A DNA stretch of 60,216 bases from Opitutaceae bacterium. Lineage in GTDB: Bacteria; Verrucomicrobiota; Verrucomicrobiia; Opitutales; Coraliomargaritaceae. Position 1 is the first letter of the stretch, and each line of letters begins with the position of its first letter. Positions 20,040 through 28,378 of the stretch are shown one piece after another. The notes beneath the pieces were generated by a model, which was not told the DNA's origin, searched no databases, and worked only from the letters and a program-made list of their open reading frames with translations. Where the stretch lies: the NCBI GenBank assembly GCA_051252415.1, contig JBPOGA010000023.1, positions 1-60,216 of the forward strand, in the 5' to 3' direction. Both the position numbers and the translations under genes were made by a program.

Positions 20040-20150
20040 TGGCAAGGGGAGAGGCGTGCGCGAGCCAAGCCGTAGCCTCGGCGAAGGTTGGTCCCTGCGC
20101 GCCATTGCGGTTTTGTGGACTTGCGGTTCGGGCAATCTAATCTCCCTGTT
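20040..20150 (+). repeat. GC-rich palindromic repeat family F2, copy 1 (partial)
   Basis: Shares ccctgcgcgccattgcggttttgtggacttgcggttcgggcaatctaatctc with 22786-22834. Confidence 0.7.
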
Positions 20151-20661
20151 TCTTTTTGAAGTCTGGGATGTGTCGGTGTGTTCGCGCATCCTCTTCGCTA
20201 AATGGATCGTGAACTTTACTATCGCTACAGTAATGGCAGCCAGTTCGAGCTATTTTTGAGCTGAGAATTTCAAGTGGGCGTTCGCCGTCTTTTTGAACAC
20301 GCAGAGGTGCTCCTCGAAAGATGACACTTCCGTTTTTTAGGCTCCAAGTGTAGTTTGCTTGTCGGCTGGCATTTGTGATGACTTCAGCCACCGATGCGTT
20401 TTCAAGTTTCACGCTGACGAATGGGTCGTAGGTTTCTCGGTTTAACTGGACGAAGTTTGGACTCAGACCTTTATCAATTTTTGTTTCCAAATGTTTAAGT
20501 AATTCAGAGAAATGAAGCTTTGTTACATTAACACGATCGATTATAACTGAATCCATTCGAGCGATGACCTCAGTTTCGACAGGGTGAACTTCGCTTGCCT
20601 CCATATTCGCAAACACGGTGCTTATTAAGCAGGCGAAAAGATATGAAATAGGTTTGTTCAT
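20137..20661 (-). CDS. Hypothetical secreted protein
   Basis: Signal-peptide-like N-terminus MNKPISYLFACLISTVFA. No recognisable domain. Start taken at the internal Met. Confidence 0.45.
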   Translation of the reverse strand: MNKPISYLFACLISTVFANMEASEVHPVETEVIARMDSVIIDRVNVTKLHFSELLKHLETKIDKGLSPNFVQLNRETYDPFVSVKLENASVAEVITNASRQANYTWSLKNGSVIFRGAPLRVQKDGERPLEILSSKIARTGCHYCSDSKVHDPFSEEDARTHRHIPDFKKKQGD

Positions 20662-20711
20662 CGCTGAGCATATGATTGCGTTCTGTGTTAGATTTACCAT
20701 AAAAATCGACT

Positions 20712-22505
20712 ATGGTTTCTAAAGTTAGAGTAGTGCTTTCATTTATACTATTGATGCTCTTATATTCGGCCAGTGCCGGGCGTTTTATAGCTGATCAAGT
20801 TCCAGCTGACTCTGTTTATGGCTATGTGTATCTCAAAGTAACCCAAACAGAAGGTGACGAAGTGCAGTCAATTCGCTACGTAGCAAGTTTGCCGATCATG
20901 AGAAGTGGTCAGAGGGTTCAGAAAGATTTGGTGTTTCATCTGGAGCCAATATTTACGTCAGATCAGCGTGCTAAGATTATCCCAAAGCTAGGGGATAGCT
21001 TCGTTTTGGATTTTACAACTACACCGAATGTTGAAGACGACATGGTCTCGTTTATAATGGAAATGGGTTCAGCAACTCTGCCTCATATTGATACGGAGTT
21101 TTCGACTAGGGGCATGGATTTACTGCGGCTAGCAAATGTTGAGATTTTATGTGACGAAGTCACAACTCAGGTCGAATGGCAGTGTCGGATTTTTGGTGGG
21201 TTCAAGGATATCTCCGATTCAATTGATATAGAAGCAGTTCATGCTTTCTTAGATGAGTTGCCTGAACCCGAGCAAGGCAGTGATTCCGCCGCTTTAAAGC
21301 GTTTATTTGAGTCATCAGGCATTGATTTTGCGAATCACCCGCGAAGTAGAATTATCGCGGATTGTCGTCAGATTCTATTTCGCTTACCTCCTAGGGAAAT
21401 GGCCATGGTTAAGTTGATTTTGGCACAGTATAGTGAAGTGAAGCAAAATTATACGACGGTTCGAGCAAGGTATGAAAGTTATCAAGGAACAGTCGAAGCC
21501 AGCGTTGGCATTCTGGGTCTATCGGGTAAACGCATAGACATCACTGGAATCTATCCTCATCTGTTTGGTTATTCTTTAGAAAATTCCGATCAAGCCGGTT
21601 TCGAATTTTCTGTAACATCGAACGCCGATTCCAATTCAGAAATAGCGGTAATTGCGGAATGGAATGCTAATAATATACTTGGAGGGCATGCGATTCGACT
21701 CAATTCGGAGTTATCAATGTATTCAGGTAATACTTTACTGGTCGCGTCTAGAACTCAAGAGCTTGGCGATGAGAAACAACAGTGGGAGTTCTTTATTAGT
21801 GCTATCGAATATTCTAATCCTGATATTCTGATTGAGTATTTAGATACTGATTTCATTCCGATTAGTCGCCGTGCAGTTAGGGTGATTTCTGATGGCATAT
21901 TTTTGAATGCTCCAGTAGATCCGTTTGCAGCGCCAACTGAAAAAGTGGAAAAGCATGGCCGCGTCTTAGAGTTGTCTGACTTTTACAGGAATGAAACCGA
22001 AGTCCCTGAGACGGAGGGCGCATCCTTTGGATTTGACGGCGAACAGATCATTATCAGAGATCGCCCTGAGGTAATTCGTCATGTGAAAGATGCTGTTAAG
22101 CAATTAGACTATGAAGCGCCAGTAGTCGGGGGATATAGCCTTACATATGAGAATTCAAGAGGCGCAGCAGTAATTGAGTCCGTCTCACTTTCAGCGCTAA
22201 GTGGAAAACTAGGATCTTTTAGTATGAAGTATTATTCGACGGACTCTATTGGAGGAAAAATAGTTTCAGGAATCGATTTTTCAGTATCACCTTATGCTAG
22301 TTGGAGTGACATAGAACTGGACCTGAGGCAAGTGAGAGGTGGCAATGGCGAGTTTAGTTTAATGCCTGAGGCGAGTGCTGACTGGTGGACATCTAACATT
22401 GAGCGAACAGATTCAGGGCAAAAGATAAAACAGCATCTGCCACCCATTTCAGAAAGTGAGTGGAGTTTTGAACTTTTCGAAATTGCAGATGAACAGTCGC
22501 CTTAG
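20712..22505 (+). CDS. Hypothetical secreted protein (597 aa)
   Basis: Signal peptide (VLSFILLMLLYSASA). Long non-repetitive ORF with no recognised domains. Confidence 0.6.
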   Translation: MVSKVRVVLSFILLMLLYSASAGRFIADQVPADSVYGYVYLKVTQTEGDEVQSIRYVASLPIMRSGQRVQKDLVFHLEPIFTSDQRAKIIPKLGDSFVLDFTTTPNVEDDMVSFIMEMGSATLPHIDTEFSTRGMDLLRLANVEILCDEVTTQVEWQCRIFGGFKDISDSIDIEAVHAFLDELPEPEQGSDSAALKRLFESSGIDFANHPRSRIIADCRQILFRLPPREMAMVKLILAQYSEVKQNYTTVRARYESYQGTVEASVGILGLSGKRIDITGIYPHLFGYSLENSDQAGFEFSVTSNADSNSEIAVIAEWNANNILGGHAIRLNSELSMYSGNTLLVASRTQELGDEKQQWEFFISAIEYSNPDILIEYLDTDFIPISRRAVRVISDGIFLNAPVDPFAAPTEKVEKHGRVLELSDFYRNETEVPETEGASFGFDGEQIIIRDRPEVIRHVKDAVKQLDYEAPVVGGYSLTYENSRGAAVIESVSLSALSGKLGSFSMKYYSTDSIGGKIVSGIDFSVSPYASWSDIELDLRQVRGGNGEFSLMPEASADWWTSNIERTDSGQKIKQHLPPISESEWSFELFEIADEQSP

Positions 22506-22635
22506 GTTCAACAGCATTGTAGAATATGAAACAAGAATCTTTATCGCAAGTCGTTGTATTATAATGGATAGTCGGATTTTTCAGGTGGAACATGAAACAA
22601 GATTGAAACAAGATTTAATAAGTTGATGGGTAGTT

Positions 22636-22763
22636 CTGATTGGTGGACCTCTAACATTGAACGAATCGAGAACGGGCAGGCAATAAAGCAGCATTCGCCG
22701 TCAATTTCAGAAAGTGAATGGAGTTTCGAACTCTTTGAAATTGTAGATGAGCAGTCGCCTTAG
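22636..22763 (+). repeat. Duplicated 3'-terminal gene fragment: about 128 bp copy of the last 43 codons of CDS 20712-22505, including the stop
   Basis: 22636-22763 aligns to 22377-22505 (ctgattggtggacctctaacattgaacgaa...gagcagtcgccttag versus gctgactggtggacatctaacattgagcgaa...gaacagtcgccttag). Confidence 0.85.
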
Positions 22764-22769
22764 AGTTCA

Positions 22770-22890
22770 AAGGTAGCGGCGTGCGTCCCTGCGCGCCATT
22801 GCGGTTTGTAGGCTGCGGTTCAGGCAATCTAATCTCTTGGCTCTGGCTGATCTAACGTGTGGCGCGCCGGGGCGCGCGCCGCTACCTAAG
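22770..22890 (+). repeat. GC-rich palindromic repeat family F2, full copy: a 27-bp stem (ggtagcggcgtgcgtccctgcgcgcca / tggcgcgccggggcgcgcgccgctacc) around a loop of about 60 nt
   Basis: Long-range inverted repeat read directly. The loop is the part shared with 20093-20143. Related palindromes occur at 27025-27110 and 49440-49480. Confidence 0.75.
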
Positions 22891-22892
22891 TA

Positions 22893-22927
22893 AGCACAAA
22901 AAAAGCGCCCCCATTTCTGGGGGCGCT
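22893..22927 (-). terminator. Rho-independent terminator of rtcB (minus strand)
   Basis: Stem gcgccccca/tgggggcgc followed by a T-run when read on the minus strand. Confidence 0.7.
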
Positions 22928-22933
22928 TGCTGT

Positions 22934-24373
22934 TTAATCTTCTGGTCGTTCTCCGGCTTGTGCCATCTTAACGAGTCGTGGATGAAAGCGTCCTAGTTTT
23001 TCAACGAGGTCGCTTTGCGCATCCATGACGGTTTCGATGTCTTTATAGACGGCGGGCACTTCGTCGAGACCGGCGGACATGAGTTCCACTTGGTTGGCCT
23101 TGAGTAGCTTGTTCGCGTCTTCCCAGCGCAAGTGCTGTTTTGCTTTGCTTCGGGACATGACACGTCCGGCTCCGTGCGAGGCGGATTGCAGCGATTCGGC
23201 ATTACCTTTACCTCGAACGAGGTAAGCAGGTGTCGCCATTGAGCCTGGGATGATTCCCATCACACCTACGCCAGCGGGCGTCGCGCCTTTTCGGTGAACG
23301 AAGACTTCCTTGCCGAAGTGGTTTTCCTTCCATGCGAAGTTATGGTGGTTTTCCACGTCGAGGAGGACTTCTGCGCCGAGGTGTCGTGCGATGTGTCGGT
23401 GGATGCAATCGTGATTGGCGGCTGCGTAATTACCCATGAGGTTCATGGCTGCCCAGTATTCTTGTCCGGCTGAACTGTTCATATCGAGCCACGCGAGGTG
23501 TTTCAATTTGTCTGGCAGTTCTCGGTGTTGCTCGCTGGCGAGCTTCGAATAATAGTTGGCGACATTTGCCCCAGCACCTCGGCTTCCGCTATGGGAGAGC
23601 AGGGCGAGATAGTTGCCTTGCGGGATTCCAAGTTCGTCGTTGTCGACCTCGAAGAGGCCAAACTCGACGAAGTGGTTGCCACTTCCAGAGGTTCCTAGCT
23701 GTGCCCATGCTTTGTCTTTCATTCGCTCAGTCACTTCGGTGATCGACCAGTCTTGATCCATCACTGCGTGTCGTCGCTTCACATCGCCTTTGAAGTGCGA
23801 ACCAATTCCGAAACGAGTTTCAGTTTCGATCGCTTTTTTAAGACGATCAATTTTGGTGCGCTTCTCGAGGTGCTTGAGTGGTAGATCGAGCACGGTGAGT
23901 TTCATACGACAGGCGATGTCGACACCGACCGCGTAGGGAATGATCGCATTTTCAGTCGCGAGGACTCCGCCGATTGGAAGGCCGTAACCTACGTGCGCAT
24001 CTGGCATGAGTGCGCCAGCTACCGCGACGGGTAGGTCGCAGGCGTTACGCATTTGATCGATGGACTGAGGCTCGAGATCTTTACCCCATTGTTTCCATGG
24101 AGCAGGTGCCGCGCGGGCTTCGAATCGTGGTATCGCGATGAGCATGGCTGCCAATTCGTTCCAATGGGAATGATCGGCATAGGCCTCTGGATCACGAGCG
24201 ACGTTGATCAGCTCGGAACGCACCGTTTCCACGGGGATCGTTTCGTTGATTAGACGTTTTATAATTTGATGTGCGAGTCGGGATGCATCGCCTGTAGGGA
24301 TGCCCCAACGTTGAAGGTCGGATGCTTTCATAAGTTTTCCTTTTGTTGATACGTTTATTTTAAGGTTCAGCAA
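22934..24373 (-). CDS. rtcB: RNA-splicing ligase RtcB (3'-phosphate/5'-hydroxyl RNA ligase) with an N-terminal extension
   Basis: Canonical RtcB motifs: PDAHVGYGLPIGGV, GVDIACRM, SGNHFVEFGL, HSGSRGAG, HNF, SASHGAGR. An alternative start at Met 24331 is possible. Confidence 0.85.
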   Translation of the reverse strand: MLNLKINVSTKGKLMKASDLQRWGIPTGDASRLAHQIIKRLINETIPVETVRSELINVARDPEAYADHSHWNELAAMLIAIPRFEARAAPAPWKQWGKDLEPQSIDQMRNACDLPVAVAGALMPDAHVGYGLPIGGVLATENAIIPYAVGVDIACRMKLTVLDLPLKHLEKRTKIDRLKKAIETETRFGIGSHFKGDVKRRHAVMDQDWSITEVTERMKDKAWAQLGTSGSGNHFVEFGLFEVDNDELGIPQGNYLALLSHSGSRGAGANVANYYSKLASEQHRELPDKLKHLAWLDMNSSAGQEYWAAMNLMGNYAAANHDCIHRHIARHLGAEVLLDVENHHNFAWKENHFGKEVFVHRKGATPAGVGVMGIIPGSMATPAYLVRGKGNAESLQSASHGAGRVMSRSKAKQHLRWEDANKLLKANQVELMSAGLDEVPAVYKDIETVMDAQSDLVEKLGRFHPRLVKMAQAGERPED

Positions 24374-24403
24374 AGCTGAAGACCGCTAATAGGCGCTAAT
24401 TAG

Positions 24404-24450
24404 TTTGGATGTTTGGATGTTTGGATGTTTGGATGTTTGGATGTTTGGAT
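24404..24450. repeat. 8-bp tandem repeat (TTTGGATG)n, about 6 units, between the upstream hypothetical gene and rtcB
   Basis: gtttggatgtttggatgtttggatgtttggatgtttggatgttgggtg. Confidence 0.85.
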
Positions 24451-24458
24451 GTTGGGTG

Positions 24459-24596
24459 ACTCTTGTTGGAGGGCTGTGCTTGCTCGGGTGAGCTTGTCGA
24501 ACCCTGTCACAGCCGCTTTTGTTAGCAGTTGCGGTTCGATTTGTTTGTGTGTTCGAAAGCGCTTGCCGAACGGCGGACACGGAGGCCCGCCCTCCA
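24459..24596. repeat. Structured repeat R1 of about 138 bp, closed by tggagggc...gccctcca, with internal hairpins
   Basis: The 5' 50 nt and 3' 30 nt are nearly identical to R2 (25650-25782). The centre is variable but keeps AAAGCRCTTGCC. The internal stem is ggctgtg...cacagcc. Confidence 0.8.
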
Positions 24597-24619
24597 TTTC
24601 AGTATGGTTTACGTCTTTT

Positions 24620-25615
24620 CTATGCTGATAGTCTCAGATCGATGAACCACCAGTGTGGCGATTCATCTTTAGGAGGTTGTTTACGTAGACGTTTACGGAT
24701 GTCGGGTCGCTCGAGGATGAACTCGGGCCCGTGCTCGACGCATTCGAAGCCGAAGCGTTGCGGCAGCTTGGTGTAGAGCGATCGAGGTGGAGCGAAGTGC
24801 TCGTCCAATCGCTTGAACCATAGGCCTGTTTTCCATGTGTGGTAGTAGACCTTTTGGATGCCGAGTTCTTCTCGTAGAAACCAGATCGCGGCCATGAGCG
24901 TCGTCTCGTCCCAAAGCTTTGTGAGTGGGGCGATGTGGCGGTCATAGTAGCGGATGATTTTACGGATAGGAATGCCCCACCATGTATCTGTCATCTTCAG
25001 TGTCTCATCTTGTATCATGCGGTTGAGTCGCATGCGTAGGCTTCGAGCGTCGCGCAGCCAATCGGTTTGAATTTCTTCAATGAGGGCGGTGCCCGAATCG
25101 AGATCGATGTCGAGGCGAGCCCATGACATGGTGTTCTCTTTGCCTGAACGAACCGGATGGCAGGAATTGCCCCAATTGAATGGGTCTTGGTCTTCGTCGT
25201 CTTGGTCGAGGTTTCGATAGTCTCGATTGTGTCCTGATGGGAAGTTGAGTTGTAGGACGAGGTTGCAACCACGGCGTGAGGTTTGGTTCCAGCCACGGTA
25301 GTCGTCCGAATCAAAATTCCCCCAGCGATCCAGGGTGAGCTTAAAGGCGCGCACGTCTTCGGATTGTGGCCAAAAGTAGTTTAAACTTTCAGGGTCCACT
25401 AAACCGTCGGGTGTGGCTTTTAGGTATTCACTGAAGATCGGTTTCTGGGCGTAGGTGCCGAGTTGCTTGTGCTGTTTGATTTCACGAGCGGGTAGGGCGT
25501 TCTTTCCTAGCTTCCATGAGAGGAGAGGGAACACGTAATGGTCTTTGTAGGAGTGGTATAAAGTGCGGCCTTCTGGTAGGCAGCCGCGTATGAGGTCAAT
25601 TTCTTGTGTATTCAT
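24620..25615 (-). CDS. Hypothetical protein of about 331 aa immediately upstream of rtcB on the same strand, flanked by direct repeats R1/R2
   Basis: Long ORF with no recognised domain. Start taken at the internal Met (MNTQEIDLIRG) because the first 26 codons of the ORF-track version are encoded by repeat R2. Confidence 0.55.
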   Translation of the reverse strand: MNTQEIDLIRGCLPEGRTLYHSYKDHYVFPLLSWKLGKNALPAREIKQHKQLGTYAQKPIFSEYLKATPDGLVDPESLNYFWPQSEDVRAFKLTLDRWGNFDSDDYRGWNQTSRRGCNLVLQLNFPSGHNRDYRNLDQDDEDQDPFNWGNSCHPVRSGKENTMSWARLDIDLDSGTALIEEIQTDWLRDARSLRMRLNRMIQDETLKMTDTWWGIPIRKIIRYYDRHIAPLTKLWDETTLMAAIWFLREELGIQKVYYHTWKTGLWFKRLDEHFAPPRSLYTKLPQRFGFECVEHGPEFILERPDIRKRLRKQPPKDESPHWWFIDLRLSA

Positions 25616-25649
25616 AGATGGATGCCTGTGAAGGCGTGTTGTTTTGTTC

Positions 25650-25782
25650 TTGAGGGCTGTGCTTGCTCGGGTGAGCTTGTCGAACCCTGTCACAGCCGCA
25701 TGTTGTATGTGGGTTGGCGTTTCGATTTGATTAGGTGTGCTAAAGCACTTGCCGAACGGCGGACACGGAGGTCCGCCCTCCA
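25650..25782. repeat. Structured repeat R2 (paralogue of R1)
   Basis: See R1. It is a direct-orientation copy lying on the other side of the hypothetical gene. Confidence 0.8.
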
Positions 25783-25844
25783 GTTGGATCGGTTGGTTAA
25801 AAATATAAAAAAAAGCTCCGGAGCTATGTTGCTCCGGAGCTTAG

Positions 25845-26960
25845 CTAGATGAGTTTGACGAGACGTTGAGTCAGGTCCTGTCCTTCACCGACGGTGATCT
25901 TCAGGTTGGCTTTCTCAGTGATCTTTTCGACAGACTCGAGTTCACGCAGACGCATGAGAGTTGGGTTTTGCTCTATCAGCTTCGCAGAGTTCAGCTGGCT
26001 TCGCATAGCCGCAGTTTCCTCGCGACGTTTGATGTTGTTTGCCTGAGCAGCTTTTTCGGCTTCGATGACTTGGTTGAGCAAATCCTTCATGTCACCTGGT
26101 AGGATGACGTCACGGATACCCAGACCTTTGACTTCGAGGCCGTAGCTTTCTGCTTTGGCACGAATTGCATGGAGCGCTTCGTTGGCCACGGCAGATTTGT
26201 CAGACAGCAACTGGTCGAGAGTGCGTCCACCAACTTCAGCACGGATGATGAGTTGGATCTCGCGGTAGAGCGCTTGCTCCACGTCTTTCGCAGTTTCAGC
26301 GACTTTGCGCACATCGACGATATTGTAGCTCAAGACCGCGTTGAGTCGCAGAGTTACTTTATCGGCAGTCATGATTTCTTGACCGGTTACGTCGACGATT
26401 TTTTCACGCAGGTCGAACTGGTAGATGCGGACAGTGCCTACATTTTTCCAGAACGCATAGCGTCCTGCGGAGAGGACTTCGACATACTTACCGTCGATGT
26501 AGAGCACGCCGACCTTACCATCCTCGATGTCGTGGATGTTTAGGTGCACGGCGACGTCTTTGTCTTTAGTGATGATGTCGAACTCAGCGTGTTGAAAACG
26601 TGCTTGTTCGATCTCGATGACTTCGACGCGGACGTTTACTAGAGACTTCCAGTAGCCGTAGAGTCCTGGTTTGAGGATACCGTAGAAGCGGCCGTCAAGC
26701 CAGACGAGGGCGCGTTGATTATCTTTGAGGTCAATGAATTCCGCTCGGTCAGTCACGTCTGCGTTGTCACGCAGTTGCTTGAGTTGTGCTGCTGGGACTT
26801 CGATCCATGGTTCACTTTGCCAAACGATGTTGACGTATAGTTCACCTCGTGGGTCGAATACCCAAGAGCGCCCAGGTTCGAGCAACTCGACGAAACGACC
26901 ATCACGGTATTTCAGACCTAGGTATTCGTGCGGAATGTGCACGCGGTTGATTAGGTTCAT
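25845..26960 (-). CDS. SPFH/band-7 domain membrane protein (stomatin/flotillin-like)
   Basis: SPFH core (KVTLRLNAVLSYNIVDVRKVAETAKDVEQALYREIQLIIRAEVGGRTLDQLLSDK) followed by a coiled-coil tail. Start taken at MNLINRV. Confidence 0.8.
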   Translation of the reverse strand: MNLINRVHIPHEYLGLKYRDGRFVELLEPGRSWVFDPRGELYVNIVWQSEPWIEVPAAQLKQLRDNADVTDRAEFIDLKDNQRALVWLDGRFYGILKPGLYGYWKSLVNVRVEVIEIEQARFQHAEFDIITKDKDVAVHLNIHDIEDGKVGVLYIDGKYVEVLSAGRYAFWKNVGTVRIYQFDLREKIVDVTGQEIMTADKVTLRLNAVLSYNIVDVRKVAETAKDVEQALYREIQLIIRAEVGGRTLDQLLSDKSAVANEALHAIRAKAESYGLEVKGLGIRDVILPGDMKDLLNQVIEAEKAAQANNIKRREETAAMRSQLNSAKLIEQNPTLMRLRELESVEKITEKANLKITVGEGQDLTQRLVKLI

Positions 26961-27024
26961 AATAGTTATGGGTTGTCGTTGTTTGTTGGATACAGCGACC
27001 AGAGTGGTCGCTGAGAGAAAGTAG

Positions 27025-27110
27025 GTAGCGCAGGCGCGTCCCGCGCCGCATCGATTATGGGTGTTTTGTTGAGTCTGATGCGGTGCGGGACGCACCTGCG
27101 CTACCTGGAA
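27025..27110. repeat. GC-rich palindrome (F2-related) with a stem of about 30 bp: ggtagcgcaggcgcgtcccgcgccgcatc...gatgcggtgcgggacgcacctgcgctacc
   Basis: Inverted repeat read directly. It lies upstream of the SPFH gene. Confidence 0.75.
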
Positions 27111-27422
27111 AATGGGCCCGCAGGGAGTGGCTTAGTGTGCTTGGCCACGCAGTCGTGCACGGGGTGATGGTTGAGCTCTCTGGTGGACTCGTTGAATCAA
27201 CAATCGAGCTGTGCCTATACTTGCAGTGGCTTGCACTGCGTCGCATGAGCTGAGCTGTTTTGCTGCTTCTTAGAATCGACCAAAGAACGGTATCCGCATC
27301 ACCACTGGTGACTTGTGCGCTGGGTGGTAGCCTACTGGCTAGCAGTCGGCAGCACCCCGGCGGTCGCACAGTAAGTGTGCTCCCCTTGGGCGGTTGGTGG
27401 TCATTTTAGAGCTGACCTAGCT

Positions 27423-27505
27423 CATGATCAGTGGGATTTGAACCCACAAGTCCTTGCGGACAACGGTTCCTTAAACCGACGCGTTTACCATTTCGCCATG
27501 ATCGT
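27423..27505 (-). tRNA. tRNA-like gene 1, type II (long variable arm, 3-bp D-stem), Leu-like: anticodon loop UUAAGGA gives a nominal AAG anticodon; C2-A71 mismatch
   Basis: Canonical T-arm GTGGG-TTCAAAT-CCCAC. D-loop AATGGTAAA. Variable hairpin GTCC-GCAA-GGAC. Acceptor ACGATCA/TGATCAT with one mismatch. Possibly a pseudogene. Confidence 0.55.
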
Positions 27506-27575
27506 TACTGTCCGGGAGTTGAACCCGGGACCAATGGAGTTACATCCATAGCTCTACCTTCTGAGCTAACAGTAT
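27504..27575 (-). tRNA. tRNA-like gene 2 with a 6-nt anticodon loop (stem ATGGA/TCCAT, loop TGTAAC), A1-A72 mismatch and discriminator C; identity unassigned
   Basis: Canonical D-arm TAGCTCAGAAGGTAGAGCT and T-arm CCGGG-TTCAACT-CCCGG. The anticodon loop is one nt short as read from the sequence. Confidence 0.45.
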
Positions 27576-27578
27576 CGG

Positions 27579-27651
27579 AGTAACTAGCTGGATTTGAACC
27601 AAGCTTCTTCTTGAATAACAAGACGCTCTGACCGGGCTGAGCTATAGTTAC
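27579..27651 (-). tRNA. tRNA-like gene 3 with a perfect 7-bp acceptor (GTAACTA/TAGTTAC) but a 5-nt anticodon loop (TCTTG-TTATT-CAAGA); identity unassigned
   Basis: Canonical D-arm TAGCTCAGCCCGGTCAGAGC and T-loop TTCAAAT. The anticodon arm is aberrant as read. Confidence 0.45.
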
Positions 27652-27750
27652 ATTGTGGATTCCGCTTAGAACGTCGAGCGGAACGCTGAACTCTAACAGG
27701 TGAAACCCGAGAGTGCCGCGCCGCCGACCGGAAGTGAGAGAATGTATGTG

Positions 27751-27889
27751 TAGGGGTTGTGCTTGTCTGAGATCATGAGCCTGTCGAATGGCGAAGACCG
27801 AGACAGGCTAAGGAGCTTAGGACTTTCGAAGGCTTCAAGTCGTTCTACCTTTTTGGCCATTGCCCGGTCCGCGCGAGCACGGCCCCTAC
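27751..27889 (+). repeat. Structured element family F4, copy 1 (139 bp), in a gap of the tRNA array: terminal 16-bp stem gtaggggttgtgcttg/cgagcacggcccctac with G-U wobbles on the plus strand
   Basis: Paralogue of 28231-28370. It shares tgtaggggYtKtgcttgtY..gatcatgagcYtgtcgaatggcgaagac....cggtccgcgcRagcacggcccctacg. Compensatory changes keep the stem. Internal hairpin gcctgtc/gacaggc. Confidence 0.75.
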
Positions 27890-27979
27890 GTTTTAATAAT
27901 CCTGCGGGAGAAGGAATTGCACCTTCTCTAGTGAAGTCAAAGTTCACGGTGCGTCTGTTACACTATCCCGCATGAAGGT

Positions 27980-28051
27980 TACCCGTAGCCAGAATCGAAC
28001 TGGCGTTTTCGCGTCGAAAGCGCGATGTCTTAACCACTTGACTATACGGGC
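27980..28051 (-). tRNA. tRNA-Glu (anticodon UUC), canonical
   Basis: GCCCGTA-TA-GTC-AAGTGGTTAA-GAC-A-TCGCG-CTTTCGA-CGCGA-AAAC-GCCAG-TTCGATT-CTGGC-TACGGGT-A. CCA is not encoded. Confidence 0.85.
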
Positions 28052-28056
28052 TAAAT

Positions 28057-28133
28057 TGGTCGCAGAGGTGGGATTTGCACCCACAGCTTCGGGCGTATGA
28101 GACCCGCGCTCTAACTGTTTGAGCTACTCTGCT
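28057..28133 (-). tRNA. tRNA-Met/Ile2 (anticodon CAU), non-canonical: D-loop AAACAGTTA lacks G18G19, T-loop TGCAAAT has G55, A1-G72 mismatch, CCA encoded
   Basis: AGCAGAG-TA-GCTC-AAACAGTTA-GAGC-G-CGGGT-CTCATAC-GCCCG-AAGCT-GTGGG-TGCAAAT-CCCAC-CTCTGCG-A-CCA. Confidence 0.7.
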
Positions 28134-28138
28134 TGAAA

Positions 28139-28214
28139 TGGTCGTAGAACTGGGACTTGCACCCAGACTCTCAGGCTTATCAAGCCCGTGCTTTGCTACT
28201 TAAGCTATTCTACT
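28139..28214 (-). tRNA. tRNA-Ile (anticodon GAU), non-canonical: D-loop AAGTAGCA without GG, T-loop TGCAAGT with G55, A1-G72 mismatch, CCA encoded
   Basis: AGTAGAA-TA-GCTT-AAGTAGCA-AAGC-A-CGGGC-TTGATAA-GCCTG-AGAGT-CTGGG-TGCAAGT-CCCAG-TTCTACG-A-CCA. Confidence 0.7.
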
Positions 28215-28230
28215 TAAATGGTCGTAATTT

Positions 28231-28370
28231 GTAGGGGCTTTGCTTGTTCCGGATCATGAGCTTGTCGAATGGCGAAGACGGTGACAGTTTTGAGGCAATT
28301 GGAGTTTCGATGGCATGTCGAACTCGGTTCGCTTTCTACATTCTGCGGTCCGCGCAAGCACGGCCCCTAC
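28231..28370 (+). repeat. Structured element family F4, copy 2 (140 bp), in the second gap of the tRNA array
   Basis: See 27751-27889. Terminal stem gtaggggctttgcttg/caagcacggcccctac. Confidence 0.75.
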
Positions 28371-28378
28371 GCTTAAAG

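Noticed and set aside
24404-24450. CRISPR array, as an explanation for the 8-bp tandem repeats here and at 4352 and 32444
   Set aside because: The units are 8 bp, directly tandem and without spacers. There are no cas genes.
24620-25693. Longer 357-aa version of the gene upstream of rtcB
   Set aside because: Its first 26 codons are encoded by repeat R2. The same peptide (..TGFDKLTRASTAL..) appears in spurious ORFs over R1.
27055-27369. 104-aa minus-strand ORF in the ~300-bp gap after the tRNA array
   Set aside because: It has no start context or domain, and the region looks non-coding. No known ncRNA motif was recognised either.
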